Of a stretch of 64,000 bases of DNA, positions 9,785 through 19,844 are shown one piece after another. The position numbers and the translations under genes are program-made. Under the pieces are notes generated by a model, which was given only the letters and a program-made list of their open reading frames with translations, was not told the DNA's origin and searched no databases. The DNA lies in contig JBAZKA010000001.1 in assembly GCA_041651015.1 (NCBI GenBank), positions 205,158 to 269,157 of the forward strand, read 5' to 3'. Each line of letters begins with the position of its first letter. Position 1 is the first letter of the stretch. The stretch is from Patescibacteria group bacterium. Its GTDB lineage: Bacteria > Patescibacteriota > Patescibacteriia > Magasanikbacterales > GWA2-37-8.

Positions 9785-10702
9785 TTATTCAAACCTCGTC
9801 AAATTGCGAGCGCCATTAATAAAGCTTTTGGCATCCATGGGCTTTTTGCCCTCGGGCTGAACTTCAATCGCCTCAATGGCGGAATTGGCCCCACAACCCA
9901 CGTATAAATGCCCGTTTTGAGCCAAAATTTGCCCCTCAGAGAGGTTTTTCGGGTCAGCGGGTGTGATTACCGATAACTTCAGTCTTTTGCCCTCAAAAGT
10001 TGTCCACAGGCCCGGCCAAGGGGTCATGGCCCGGTATTGATTATAGATGTTTTGAGCGGGCTGGGAAAAGTCCACGTGGCCGTCATCGCGGGTGAAAATT
10101 TTGCAAAAAGTCGCCCCGTCGTGATTCTGTTCAACGGGAATAATTTCACCGGAAATGTATTTTGGCGTTTCGCGCAAAAATAATTCCGAGGCCACGATAG
10201 CCAAACGAGTAAATAATTCTTTTTGTGTTTCATCCGGAAGAATAGAAAGTTTTTGCATGGCGATGATCGGCCCGTGATCCATTTTTGCGTCCATGAGCAT
10301 GAGCGTGACGCCGGTTTCAGTTTCGCCATTCATAATTGCAGTTTGAATAGGGGAGGCACCGCGCAGTTTAGGCAAAATTGAACCGTGCAAGTTCACGGTT
10401 TTGTGTTTGGGCAAATCCAACAATCTTTGTGGAATAATAAAACCATACTCGGCGACAACGCCAAGATCAGCTTCGCTTAAAATCGGCGCGTCAAATTCTT
10501 TGAGCGAGGCCGGCTGTAAAATTTCCACGCCAAGAGTTTCCGCGAAAGTTTTTACCGCGGATTTTTGCATTTCCTGTTTGCGTCCAATCGGCTGATCGGG
10601 CGACGTAATCACCGCGAGAATTTTGTAGCTCGCGTCGTTCGCAATCGCTTTCAGAACCGTGGCGGCAAATTCACCTGTGCCGTAAAAAACTATTTTAGTC
10701 AT
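9785..10702 (-). CDS. fmt: methionyl-tRNA formyltransferase
   Basis: MTKIVFYGTGEFAATVLKAI...HGSILPKLRGASPIQ (formyltransferase SLLP-like motif). The likely start is the internal Met (MTKIV); the ORF track extends to 10714. Confidence 0.85.
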   Translation of the reverse strand: MTKIVFYGTGEFAATVLKAIANDASYKILAVITSPDQPIGRKQEMQKSAVKTFAETLGVEILQPASLKEFDAPILSEADLGVVAEYGFIIPQRLLDLPKHKTVNLHGSILPKLRGASPIQTAIMNGETETGVTLMLMDAKMDHGPIIAMQKLSILPDETQKELFTRLAIVASELFLRETPKYISGEIIPVEQNHDGATFCKIFTRDDGHVDFSQPAQNIYNQYRAMTPWPGLWTTFEGKRLKLSVITPADPKNLSEGQILAQNGHLYVGCGANSAIEAIEVQPEGKKPMDAKSFINGARNLTRFE

Positions 10703-10863
10703 GATAATTAGCAATATTTTTTAAAAGCGACGTTTACAATATCTTTGAGCAACATAACGCAGGCGCGCTCGGAGCGCGCCGAGTTCGAAGCGCGTCCACC
10801 CAGGGCGGACGACGCTGTTTGCGAAAAGATATTGTAAATGGAGCGCGCCGAGTGCCAAGTCGT

Positions 10864-11349
10864 TTATTTTTTCTCAAAAGTATATAAATCTTTTGCCTTA
10901 TCAATAAACAAAACTCCGCGCAAGTGGTCGGCCTCATGCTGGATGGCGCGGGCGAAAAAATCTTCAGCCACAAAATTTAACGGTTGGCCGTTTTCATTCC
11001 AGGCTTTCACTTTAATTTTTTTGTAGCGTTTAACTTTACCCCAAAGATTTGGCACGGACAAACATCCTTCCTCGCCCCAGGCCGTAGCCAAAGTAGCCTT
11101 GGTCCAAACCGGATTCACCAAAACCAAATCAATTTTTTTGTTTTCGGAAAATCGCTTATTGATCACGCACACGGCAATTGATTCGCCGATTTGTGGCGCG
11201 GCAATGCCCACGCCGTCGCTCGCGTATAAAGTATCAATTAAATTTTTTGTTAATTTTTTAAATTCCGGCGACGCCAAAAACTCCGGCTTGGCCAGCGGAG
11301 CGATTTTACGTAAAATAGGATTTGGGTCAATGACGATTTGGGTCACCAT
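10864..11349 (-). CDS. def: peptide deformylase
   Basis: The three deformylase motifs are present: GVGIAAPQIG, EGCLSVP and HEADHLRG. The start is taken at MVTQIV; the ORF track extends to 11436. Confidence 0.85.
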   Translation of the reverse strand: MVTQIVIDPNPILRKIAPLAKPEFLASPEFKKLTKNLIDTLYASDGVGIAAPQIGESIAVCVINKRFSENKKIDLVLVNPVWTKATLATAWGEEGCLSVPNLWGKVKRYKKIKVKAWNENGQPLNFVAEDFFARAIQHEADHLRGVLFIDKAKDLYTFEKK

Positions 11350-11519
11350 ATATTTGGGGGCCTGTCGCCGAATGCCATTTCTGCTGCAAATTTTAAATTT
11401 CGGCCAAAATCGCCTTAAAATTTCTCGGCTTATCAATTCAGATAGGCCTCAAAATTTATGCGTCGATTTTGTCTCAAAATTTTCAATTTTCGCTACGAAA
11501 GCGCATTCGCCGACCGACC

Positions 11520-13391
11520 CTATGAAATTGATAAAATGTGATTCGGGTTGGGGTCAACCTTACAATCATCAGGAACAATCGCCGCTAGTTCTTTTAGCGA
11601 TTTTTTGTAATTCGCGTAGTTGAACTTCAGCAAAATAACCTCGTGGTATAAATTGCGCATTCTCGGCGGATTGGCCGGGATATGACTGTAAATCATAACA
11701 TCTTTTTTGTGTGTAGTCAAGCTGTTTAGGGCGCGAAAAAGCTGTTCAGCATTCTCGCTAGCTTTGTTCGCGGTGGCGCCGGCCACGATAATTCGCGCCA
11801 GATAATTGTGAGGCGGATAGCCGAAAATTTTTCTCTCGGCTATTTCCGATTCGTAAAATGATTTCGGGTCATAGACGCCCTGATAAACGCGATGTTCCGG
11901 ATGTTGGGTTTGGATAAATAACTTTGCGTCCGGCGCGAGAGCCAATTGCGCGCGGCGAAGCTTGAGCCAAAGAAATTCCAAAGCGCGGTATTCGGCGGCC
12001 GCGAGCGCGGTGTCCGGATCGGCCATCACAAATATATCAATCTTTTTCCAATCCAATCTGGAATAAGCAAAATCCGTGCCCACAAAAATAATTTTTTCAT
12101 CACTCGGAAAACTTTCCGGCAAATTCGCGGTTTCTTTGTCTATGGTAATAATTTTCGCCGAGGGAAATTTATTTTTTAGCGCCGTGGCCACGCCTTCAAT
12201 GCCCAGTCCCATCAAACGATAATTCGCGCCCCCGCATTTGGGGCAATTGTCGGCAAAACGCACCGATGTTTTGCAGTACAAACATTTAAGTTCAATCCCG
12301 CGTTCATAATATGTTAAAGGGCGATGGCATTTATCACAGCGAAAAATATTTCCGCAATCAGCGCACACCATTCCGCCCGAAGTACCGCGCCGATTCAAAT
12401 GAATAAAAGTTTGGCCTTTGTTTGCTTCAATTGCTTTGATAATTTCTTCAGCTAGGATGCCGGCTCCGCCGCCTCTTTTTTCCGCGAGCGCGTTGACAAA
12501 TATCGGCGAAGGCTTGGTAATTTTTGTCAGTTCGCCGATTAAATCATAAATTTTGTGTTCGGCAAAATAATATGATTCAACAGACGGCGCAGACGCCACC
12601 AGAAATAATTCCGCGCTCGTGTGTTTGGTGAGAGCAAGGGCAGCGTCCCGCGTGTGATAGCGCGGGGCCATGTCCCAACTTTTATAATCAGGCGAGCCCT
12701 CGTCGTCCATAATAATGCGCGTCAAATTATGCCAGGGCAGAAACAGAGCTTTGCGCGTGCCAATGACAATAATATTTTTTGAGTTGCGCACCCGAATCCA
12801 GTTGTCAGAATATTGCTTATCACCGTCATCACCTTTTAGAATAATTATTTCGTTAGAAATATCCGCGGGTAATAATTCCTGAATTTTTTCCGGATCATTC
12901 ACGTCCGGAGTCAGAATCAAAACTTGTCCATCGGCTTTGGCCAATTCCGATAAATATTTTTTCTTTTCATCTAAATTGTTGTATAGCCAAAGTTTTGGTT
13001 TTTGGGGTTTTCCCTCGCGTGTTTCCACGGCCAAAAGAGTTTCCGTCAAAGTTTTCAATTTGCGTTTTTGCATGGGCAAAAGCGCGCACTTTAAAATAAA
13101 GCCGAGCGAAGCCCGGTAGAAATCCGATAGTTCGGAGTAAAAATTTAACAGATTTTCCGTGATGAGCGGTTCAGCCAAAACAATTTCGGAAATCGGTTTT
13201 AATTTATTATCCTTGATATCGGAATTATCCGAGAGAGAATAGACAATGCCGAATTCGTCTTTACCGCGCAAAGGTATTTTTACCAGCTGGCCGACTCGGA
13301 TTAAACTTTTTTGTTCCACGCTGATCAAATAATCCAAACCTTTGATTTTGTTTGGCAGGCGTCTAATCGGAATAACCAGCGCGTGCGTCAT
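11520..13391 (-). CDS. priA: primosomal protein N' (PriA) homologue with degenerate Walker A
   Basis: Collinear with PriA: an N-terminal 3'-DNA-binding domain, IGTRKALF, IMDDEGSPDYK (cf. DEEHDSSYK), and Zn-finger Cys pairs CADCG...CDKCH...CLYCK...CPKCGG. The P-loop position reads NNLDEKKKY instead of GxTGSGKT. Confidence 0.7.
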   Translation of the reverse strand: MTHALVIPIRRLPNKIKGLDYLISVEQKSLIRVGQLVKIPLRGKDEFGIVYSLSDNSDIKDNKLKPISEIVLAEPLITENLLNFYSELSDFYRASLGFILKCALLPMQKRKLKTLTETLLAVETREGKPQKPKLWLYNNLDEKKKYLSELAKADGQVLILTPDVNDPEKIQELLPADISNEIIILKGDDGDKQYSDNWIRVRNSKNIIVIGTRKALFLPWHNLTRIIMDDEGSPDYKSWDMAPRYHTRDAALALTKHTSAELFLVASAPSVESYYFAEHKIYDLIGELTKITKPSPIFVNALAEKRGGGAGILAEEIIKAIEANKGQTFIHLNRRGTSGGMVCADCGNIFRCDKCHRPLTYYERGIELKCLYCKTSVRFADNCPKCGGANYRLMGLGIEGVATALKNKFPSAKIITIDKETANLPESFPSDEKIIFVGTDFAYSRLDWKKIDIFVMADPDTALAAAEYRALEFLWLKLRRAQLALAPDAKLFIQTQHPEHRVYQGVYDPKSFYESEIAERKIFGYPPHNYLARIIVAGATANKASENAEQLFRALNSLTTHKKDVMIYSHIPANPPRMRNLYHEVILLKFNYANYKKSLKELAAIVPDDCKVDPNPNHILSIS

Positions 13392-13395
13392 AGGT

Positions 13396-14184
13396 TTAAA
13401 TAAATTCCGCGGTCAAATAGCCCACGCCAAACGGCGCTTCATACGCCAGCTCGCGGTAATCATAATGCATTTTTTGTAAAATGCCGAGCAAGATTAACAG
13501 TGAACGCAGACCGCATTCTGACGCGTTCTTTATCAGTTTTTCATCCAAATTTAGAATACCGGAAATATTACCGGCCATGAGGAGCTCGCGAATTTTTTTG
13601 TCAAACTCGGCGCCGGCTTTGTTGAATCCGGCCGGTGCGTCCGTGGACAAGGCGTGCGACATATCACCTGAAGCAATTACAGCTACACGGCGGTTGCTAA
13701 GTAAAATCTGTTCTTTAATTAACGCGCCAAAATCCAAATGCGTTTTGAAATCCAAGTCGCAAAAACCAAGTTGGACGATTTTCGCGCCGGTTAATTTACC
13801 GGCCAGCATGATGAGCGGCACTGATGAACCATGGTCCAAGCGTGGTTCGGAGATCAGAGTGGCGGGAAAATGTTTGCGTTTGGTCGCGTCGCGCAGGCGG
13901 TGCGTCATCTCAAAATCACCGTTAAACTCGCAACTTGTTTCCAAGTCGCCAAAGTCTTTAAAGTCAGCCGTGTATTTGACGCAAGAGTTAACAGTAAACA
14001 CATCCGGGAAAAAACTTCCGTGCGGGGAAATTATCAAAATTACTTCGGGCTGGGCCGCATATAAATTTCTCTCCAATTCTTTGAAGGCGGAAGAAGTCTT
14101 GGATAATTTTTTAAGTTCAGTCTTGCCAATGGACGGAACAATAAGCGGGGGATGGGGAGTGAAAGCGCTAAAAACTAAAGACAT
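13396..14184 (-). CDS. LigB/MEMO-superfamily protein (class III extradiol dioxygenase subunit B-like)
   Basis: Motifs ISPHGSF, LDHGSSVPL and SGDMSHAL, i.e. the His-rich metal-site pattern of the LigB/DODA/Memo fold. Confidence 0.45.
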   Translation of the reverse strand: MSLVFSAFTPHPPLIVPSIGKTELKKLSKTSSAFKELERNLYAAQPEVILIISPHGSFFPDVFTVNSCVKYTADFKDFGDLETSCEFNGDFEMTHRLRDATKRKHFPATLISEPRLDHGSSVPLIMLAGKLTGAKIVQLGFCDLDFKTHLDFGALIKEQILLSNRRVAVIASGDMSHALSTDAPAGFNKAGAEFDKKIRELLMAGNISGILNLDEKLIKNASECGLRSLLILLGILQKMHYDYRELAYEAPFGVGYLTAEFI

Positions 14185-14190
14185 AAAAAA

Positions 14191-16392
14191 TTATTTTACG
14201 TTGGCGATTGAGGCGGTGGACGATGGGGAGATGGCCCAGAGAGCCAACTTGTTCGGCTCAACAAATCTGTTGGCTGAGCCATTGCCCATAGTGATGATTA
14301 CATATTGTTCTTTGGTGGTTTTTGATTCAATCAACATAACAAGCACGGCGCCGGCTTCGTCCGTGTAACCGGTTTTAGAAGCGAGAATGCGATAAGTCTT
14401 TTTGGAATTTTGCATCAGGTCGTTGGTGTTTTTCAGGTTGTGAGTGACGATTTTGTTTTTATTCAAAACTTCTTTGAATGAATACGTGACGTCGCTCATC
14501 GCGTCTTTGATGGTGGAATTTTTGAGGGCGGTAATAAATATTTTTAACACGTCTCTTGGCGTGGAGATATTGTCGTCGTCCAATCCGGTGGTGTCCGTGA
14601 TAGTTGTGTTGTCCGCGCCCCATTGTTCCAAACGGGTGTTGATTGCGCTAATAAAACTTTTTTCCGTCAATCCGCTGGATGCGCCCATCATGCGGGAGGC
14701 GTTGTTGACCGAAGCGACAAGCGAAGTGTAGAGCAAGTCCTTGTTCAGAATTTTTTCTCCGTTGATCAGCGACAAAGGGTTGTTGTAAGCGGTATGAAGT
14801 TTGGAATTATACGTGGTGGATTTTTTTAAATTAAAATCCTGGTTGAGAGCCTCATACGCGACTAATATTTTGGTGAGAGATGCAATGGATCTTTTGGTAT
14901 CAATATTTTTTCCGGCTAAAATTCTACCGGTCGGATATTCAGCCACAAGGTAAGCCGGCAATTTTGTCTTGAATAAATCCTCAACAACCGACTCGCTGTC
15001 GCCGAGATATTCCGATGATGCCAAAGCGTTGCTGATATAGAGCGCTTCACCATCCGGAACGGTGAAAGCGGTCAAAGCGCTGATCTCCACCAGATTTGTT
15101 TTTTTATAGCCCATGGCCAAAAATGTCTGTTCGTCCGAGATGCGTCTTTTTTTACCGTTTTCCACCACATAGAGACGGTTCGTATCTTTGACTTTGAGCA
15201 GAGCGCCGTCCGTGAAAACAATTGGATTATTAGCAACGCTTAAATTTGCAATATCTTTTTTTGTCTTGTTGATGATACTTAAATTTGCAAAATTAGTTTT
15301 GAGCAAGGATGAATCCGTTATCGGGTATAAAATATCATTTTTGTGCAAATACAAACTATTGTTCAAGTCGGTAATTTTATAAATCTCGCCTTGAGGCGCG
15401 GTGGTGGACGCGTTGATGGCCGGGCCGAGCGTATAGCCGAATAAATCATTGTCCGAGACATCAACCACTTCTTGCGGATTGTAGCCAATTTTGCTCACTA
15501 CGTCGGCTGAGGCAAATGGACGAATCATGTCATAATCCACCAAAAAATATCCACTCGGCGCTTTGAGCAAGGAATAATTGGAAAACGCGATGTTCGTGCC
15601 ATTTTCGTAATTATTTAAATCGGTTTCAGATAAAGTGATGGCCATTTTTGGGTCAGCCCGACTTACTAAAACGGATTTGCTGGTAAACAGACGTTTCTTC
15701 CCGTTTTGAATCAACCAATAATTGGTGGACGAAGCATTGGTGACAACTGTGCCATTGGGATAAAGTCCGGCAAACCATGTATTCCACAAACGCCAAAAAT
15801 TTTTATTGCCATGCAAGTGTGGTGTGTAAGTGTAAAGAAAGGCCGTGGCCCAGCTTTGCGGCACCACTTCCGTGTTGTCAATATAAACCGCGGCGCCTTT
15901 TTGTTTGATATATGATTTAGTGCTTTTGTTGTCATAATACCAGCGGATAATGCCGGCCGCGCCATCAACTTGTTTGGCAAAGCCTTTGTATTTGACGACT
16001 TTGGGGTCGCTCAAATAACAGCCATCGCAAACCGCAAAGCCCGTGGCCCAGTCAAGTTGTTTTTGTGTGGGCGATTCATCGGTCACCAAACTTTGTTCTT
16101 TTTGCAAAGTGACCAATAAAAATTTCGGACTGATGGTGTAGGCTTGCGCCGCGTCATAAATTATCTCGGCCGCGGATTTTATCGTGCCGCTCACATCTTC
16201 ACATTTATAGTTTGCCAGATATGACCCCTTGTCTTGCAAAAATGTTTGAACATCATTTGCCGTCCAGCCGGCGCAATTTTGCATGTCTTCATCTGTGATA
16301 ATCATGCTGGAATTAAATTCAGCCTCGGCCAAAGCATAGGAAAAAGGGGCGAATAATCCAAATATGGCAATTAGAGCAATGATCTTTTTCAT
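14191..16392 (-). CDS. exported protein with C-terminal D-alanyl-D-alanine carboxypeptidase (peptidase S11, PBP5-like) domain
   Basis: Signal peptide MKKIIALIAIFGLFAPFSYALA. The C-terminal domain carries SxxK (RSIASLTKIL) and downstream S11 motifs. The N-terminal ~450 aa are unassigned. The ORF track extends to 16443. Confidence 0.6.
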   Translation of the reverse strand: MKKIIALIAIFGLFAPFSYALAEAEFNSSMIITDEDMQNCAGWTANDVQTFLQDKGSYLANYKCEDVSGTIKSAAEIIYDAAQAYTISPKFLLVTLQKEQSLVTDESPTQKQLDWATGFAVCDGCYLSDPKVVKYKGFAKQVDGAAGIIRWYYDNKSTKSYIKQKGAAVYIDNTEVVPQSWATAFLYTYTPHLHGNKNFWRLWNTWFAGLYPNGTVVTNASSTNYWLIQNGKKRLFTSKSVLVSRADPKMAITLSETDLNNYENGTNIAFSNYSLLKAPSGYFLVDYDMIRPFASADVVSKIGYNPQEVVDVSDNDLFGYTLGPAINASTTAPQGEIYKITDLNNSLYLHKNDILYPITDSSLLKTNFANLSIINKTKKDIANLSVANNPIVFTDGALLKVKDTNRLYVVENGKKRRISDEQTFLAMGYKKTNLVEISALTAFTVPDGEALYISNALASSEYLGDSESVVEDLFKTKLPAYLVAEYPTGRILAGKNIDTKRSIASLTKILVAYEALNQDFNLKKSTTYNSKLHTAYNNPLSLINGEKILNKDLLYTSLVASVNNASRMMGASSGLTEKSFISAINTRLEQWGADNTTITDTTGLDDDNISTPRDVLKIFITALKNSTIKDAMSDVTYSFKEVLNKNKIVTHNLKNTNDLMQNSKKTYRILASKTGYTDEAGAVLVMLIESKTTKEQYVIITMGNGSANRFVEPNKLALWAISPSSTASIANVK

Positions 16393-16454
16393 AACAACGA
16401 TAAAAATAATTCTTTTAGAATTCATATAAATATTGTAGCACAAATATTTATCCT

Positions 16455-16482
16455 TGACAAAGGCGTATATACACGCTATTGT
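16455..16482 (+). promoter_or_regulatory. sigma70-like promoter TTGACA-N16-TATTGT
   Basis: Consensus -35 hexamer and a near-consensus -10, about 110 nt upstream of small ORF 16590. Confidence 0.45.
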
Positions 16483-16589
16483 TACTTGGTTGTGAGAATA
16501 TTTAACGTAGATTTAGATAAATTGTGACCACGCTCTTTTTTGACGAAACCGAACCTTCGGGCACTAAAAAAACAAACGGAGGGGTAAAA

Positions 16590-16772
16590 ATGCAAGATGA
16601 AGACGCTGACGGAATTGATGTGTCAAAAAAACCAACATCTCCACAGGCAGGGAGATGTACACACGACCTGTCTGCTGTCGTTAAAGTTTTAAAAGCGCGA
16701 GTTGAAGCCGCAAAAACCAGGCTCGGTATAAATAACCAGCCAGTAAAAAAACGAGGAGGAGAAGATGAATGA
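16590..16772 (+). CDS. small acidic hypothetical protein (60 aa)
   Basis: GGAGGGG RBS 6 nt upstream of the ATG. The ORF track starts it at GTG 16524. Its stop overlaps the next ORF's start by 8 nt. Confidence 0.35.
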   Translation: MQDEDADGIDVSKKPTSPQAGRCTHDLSAVVKVLKARVEAAKTRLGINNQPVKKRGGEDE

Positions 16773-16965
16773 GTTACCAATGACACTCAAACAAATTAGT
16801 GACAAAGAAGCGCGCCAGAAAGCGGAGACCGACAAAAGTGTGCCGACAACTCCAGGTGATAACGATGGCGTTTTCACCAGCGTGCCGAAGAAGCCGGCAG
16901 CGGGTAAACCCGACAACGATCACATGCGGGATACAGTTGTCTTGGACCCGGGCAAGAAGGAGTAA
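16765..16965 (+). CDS. small charged hypothetical protein (66 aa, Lys/Asp/Pro-rich)
   Basis: AGGAGGAG RBS 5 nt upstream. Translationally coupled to the preceding ORF and followed by a terminator. Confidence 0.35.
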   Translation: MNELPMTLKQISDKEARQKAETDKSVPTTPGDNDGVFTSVPKKPAAGKPDNDHMRDTVVLDPGKKE

Positions 16966-16988
16966 CCGGAACCACACCGGATTGCAAA

Positions 16989-17019
16989 CGCCGAGGACAG
17001 ATGTCCTCGGCGTGTTTTT
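16989..17019 (+). terminator. intrinsic terminator (11-bp stem CGCCGAGGACA/TGTCCTCGGCG + TGTTTTTATTTT)
   Basis: Perfect inverted repeat followed by a T-run. The T-run overlaps the clpB stop codon, so the element may also serve clpB in the other direction. Confidence 0.6.
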
Positions 17020-19654
17020 ATTTTATTATAATTTTTTCTTTTTCCATTTTTACTTTGACTTTTTTTCCTTCGGCCACATCGCCTTCAATAATTTTTAGCG
17101 AAAGCTGGTCCAAAAGTTCATTTTGGATGGCACGTTTTAAGGGTCGCGCGCCATAGGATGGGTCATAACCGACTTCAGCCAAATGTTTTTTTACGGCCGA
17201 GTCAATATCCAAAGTAATTTTTTTATCAGCCAGGCGTTTAATTACTTTGGTGAGTTGCAAATCCACAATTATTTCAATTTGCTTTTCAGTCAAAGTGTGG
17301 AAGACCACAATTTCGTCCAAACGATTCAAAAATTCCGGTTTGAAATATTCGTGCAAAGTTTCCATTATTTTTTCGCGGATTTTTTCATCGGGATTTTTCT
17401 TTTTGTTTTTGCTGTCTTCAAAACCAAACCCGCTGTCTTTCATATCTAAAATTGTTTGACTGCCGATATTGGAAGTGAGGATGATGACCGTATTTTTGAA
17501 ATTCACCACCCGGCCTTTGGCATCAGTGATCCGTCCATCATCCAAAATTTGCAATAGAATGTTGAACACATCCGGATGCGCCTTTTCTATTTCATCAAAC
17601 AAGATTACCGAATATGGTTTACGGCGGACGATCTCGGTCAGTTGACCGCCTTCGTCATAACCAACATAGCCCGGGGGAGAACCAATAATTTTGCTGGCGC
17701 TGTGTTTTTCCATGTATTCGCTCATGTCCACGCGGACCAGCGCTTCCTCGGTATCAAATAAAAATTCGGCTAAAGATTTGGCCAGTTCGGTTTTGCCTAC
17801 GCCGGTCGGGCCAAGAAATATAAACGAGCCAATGGGTTTGTTGGGTTCGGCAATGCCGGCGCGGGAACGGCGGATGGCGTTGGCAATGGCCTTGATGGCT
17901 TCATCTTGGCCGACCACGCGTTTGCCGAGCTCGGTTTCCATCTGGCTGAATTTAGTTGATTCAGTTTCCAGCATTTTCATTACCGGAATTCCGGTCCAAC
18001 GAGACACCACCGCAGCCACGTCCGCGTCCGTGATTTCCTCTTTCAAAATTCCGCGATTCTTTTGCAATTCGCGCAAAGTTTTTTCATCGTTGATCGCTTC
18101 TTTTTCCAAATTCGGAATCGTGCCATAGCGGATCTCAGCGACTTTTTGCAAGTCGCTTTTTCGTTCGGCAATTTCGGCTTCTTGCTTGGCTTTATCAATG
18201 GCCTTTTTACGGTCGTGTAATTTCGCGATAACGTCTTTTTCATTTTTCCATTTGGCTTCCAATTCCACGGATTTTTCTTTCAGGTCGGCCAATTCTTTTT
18301 CCAGTTTATTCAAATGTTCTTTGGCGTCATCGGTTTTTTCATTGATCAGCGCGCGTTTTTCAATTTCCAATTTTACCGTGGTGCGTTTCAAGCGGTCCAA
18401 GTCCTCGGGCATTGATTCAATTTCCATGCGCAAAGCCGAAGCGGCTTCGTCAATCAAATCAATGGCCTTATCCGGCAAAAATCTGTCCGAGATATAGCGT
18501 TCGGATAATTTGACGGCTGACAAAATCGCTGCGTCCGTGATGCGCACGCCATGATGCACTTCATATTTCTCTTTGATACCGCGGAGAATGGCGATGGTAT
18601 CGTCCTCGCTCGGTTCATTGACCATGACCGGCTGAAAACGGCGTTCCAAGGCCGCGTCTTTTTCAATATATTTTTGGTATTCTTTGAGCGTGGTCGCGCC
18701 AATAGTGTGAAGTTCACCGCGCGCCAGCATGGGTTTGAGCATATTAGCCGCGTCCACCGCGCCCTCGGACGCGCCCGCGCCGACGATGGTGTGAAGCTCA
18801 TCAATAAATAAAATAATTTTTCCCGCGGCTGCGTCAACTTCTTTGAGTACGGCTTTTAATCTTTCCTCAAATTCACCGCGGAATTTTGCGCCGGCGAGAA
18901 TAGCGCCAATATCCAAACCAATGACTTCTTTATTTTTTATTGATTCCGGCACATCGCCGTTCACGATTCTTTGGGCCAATCCTTCCACGATGGCGGTCTT
19001 GCCCGTGCCGGGTTCTCCGATTAAGACCGGATTATTTTTTGTCCGGCGGGATAAAATTTGCATCACCCGGCGGATTTCATCATCGCGACCGATGACCGGA
19101 TCAATTTTTTCTTTGCGCGCCAGTTCGGTTAAATTTTTTCCATATTTTTCCAAAGCATTATATTTGGCCTCGGGGTTGGGGGAGTCTACTTTTTGATTAC
19201 CACGGATTGAAGCCAATGCCTTGAGCGCTTCTTCATTGTTGATTTTGTGATTACGGACGAGAATTTCACTAATGGGATTTTTGGTGGCAAACAAGGCTAA
19301 AAATATATGTTCCGCGCTAATGTATTCGTCGCCCATTTTTTTGGATTCGTTAAAGGCGGATTGCAGGACGTGCATGGCAGCCGGGGATATCATAACCTGT
19401 CCATTCGAGGACATATTACTCGAGCCAAATTGTTTGGGTAGTTGACTGACCAGCGTTTGCGCGTCGTTCAAAATTGCCGGTAAATTGACTTTAAGTTTAT
19501 GTAAAACCGAGACAACAATATTTTCCTCGTCTTGCAAAAGCGCGAGAAATATGTGTGGCGGTTCCACTTGGGGCTGGCCGTTTTCCACTGCCAGTTGAAA
19601 GGCAATTTGTAGGATTTCCTGGGATTTTTGGGTAAATTGCTGTGGGTTGACCAT
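17018..19654 (-). CDS. clpB: ATP-dependent chaperone ClpB
   Basis: 878 aa with two AAA+ modules (GEPGTGKT and GPTGVGKT), a long coiled-coil M-domain, and an N-terminal Clp_N repeat. Confidence 0.9.
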   Translation of the reverse strand: MVNPQQFTQKSQEILQIAFQLAVENGQPQVEPPHIFLALLQDEENIVVSVLHKLKVNLPAILNDAQTLVSQLPKQFGSSNMSSNGQVMISPAAMHVLQSAFNESKKMGDEYISAEHIFLALFATKNPISEILVRNHKINNEEALKALASIRGNQKVDSPNPEAKYNALEKYGKNLTELARKEKIDPVIGRDDEIRRVMQILSRRTKNNPVLIGEPGTGKTAIVEGLAQRIVNGDVPESIKNKEVIGLDIGAILAGAKFRGEFEERLKAVLKEVDAAAGKIILFIDELHTIVGAGASEGAVDAANMLKPMLARGELHTIGATTLKEYQKYIEKDAALERRFQPVMVNEPSEDDTIAILRGIKEKYEVHHGVRITDAAILSAVKLSERYISDRFLPDKAIDLIDEAASALRMEIESMPEDLDRLKRTTVKLEIEKRALINEKTDDAKEHLNKLEKELADLKEKSVELEAKWKNEKDVIAKLHDRKKAIDKAKQEAEIAERKSDLQKVAEIRYGTIPNLEKEAINDEKTLRELQKNRGILKEEITDADVAAVVSRWTGIPVMKMLETESTKFSQMETELGKRVVGQDEAIKAIANAIRRSRAGIAEPNKPIGSFIFLGPTGVGKTELAKSLAEFLFDTEEALVRVDMSEYMEKHSASKIIGSPPGYVGYDEGGQLTEIVRRKPYSVILFDEIEKAHPDVFNILLQILDDGRITDAKGRVVNFKNTVIILTSNIGSQTILDMKDSGFGFEDSKNKKKNPDEKIREKIMETLHEYFKPEFLNRLDEIVVFHTLTEKQIEIIVDLQLTKVIKRLADKKITLDIDSAVKKHLAEVGYDPSYGARPLKRAIQNELLDQLSLKIIEGDVAEGKKVKVKMEKEKIIIK

Positions 19655-19666
19655 ATAAATGTATAT

Positions 19667-19693
19667 TTATCACTCTATAAGTGAGAGTGATAA
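19667..19693. promoter_or_regulatory. CIRCE-like operator TTATCACTC-N9-GAGTGATAA (putative HrcA site) upstream of clpB
   Basis: Perfect 9-bp arms with a 9-nt spacer. It matches CIRCE (TTAGCACTC-N9-GAGTGCTAA) except for one symmetric change per arm, and sits 13 nt upstream of the clpB start. Confidence 0.5.
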
Positions 19694-19694
19694 T

Positions 19695-19722
19695 ACTATA
19701 TCACATTTAATTGAGGAGTCAA
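19695..19722 (-). promoter_or_regulatory. putative clpB promoter TTGACT-N16-TATAGT (minus strand)
   Basis: Read on the minus strand. The -10 element ends 2 nt before the CIRCE-like operator. Confidence 0.4.
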
Positions 19723-19844
19723 GAGGCTGACTTACTAACAGGCGGGGATTGACTAAATATCTATAATATGTCACAGTTTAATGACAAAGCGGTTCATTGT
19801 TATCTCAACAAAACGGCGTTAGCGTCGTTAACAAGGAGGCGTGC

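Noticed and set aside
13481-14368. 295-aa +strand ORF spanning the LigB-like gene and the start of the S11 gene
   Set aside because: It is antisense to two motif-supported minus-strand genes and has Ser-rich low-complexity translation.
17183-19196. Multiple 60-145-aa ORFs on the + strand inside clpB (for example 17691..18128, 18186..18497, 18843..19196)
   Set aside because: They are antisense to a well-supported 878-aa ClpB gene. The translations are Ser/Phe/Leu-rich with no motifs.
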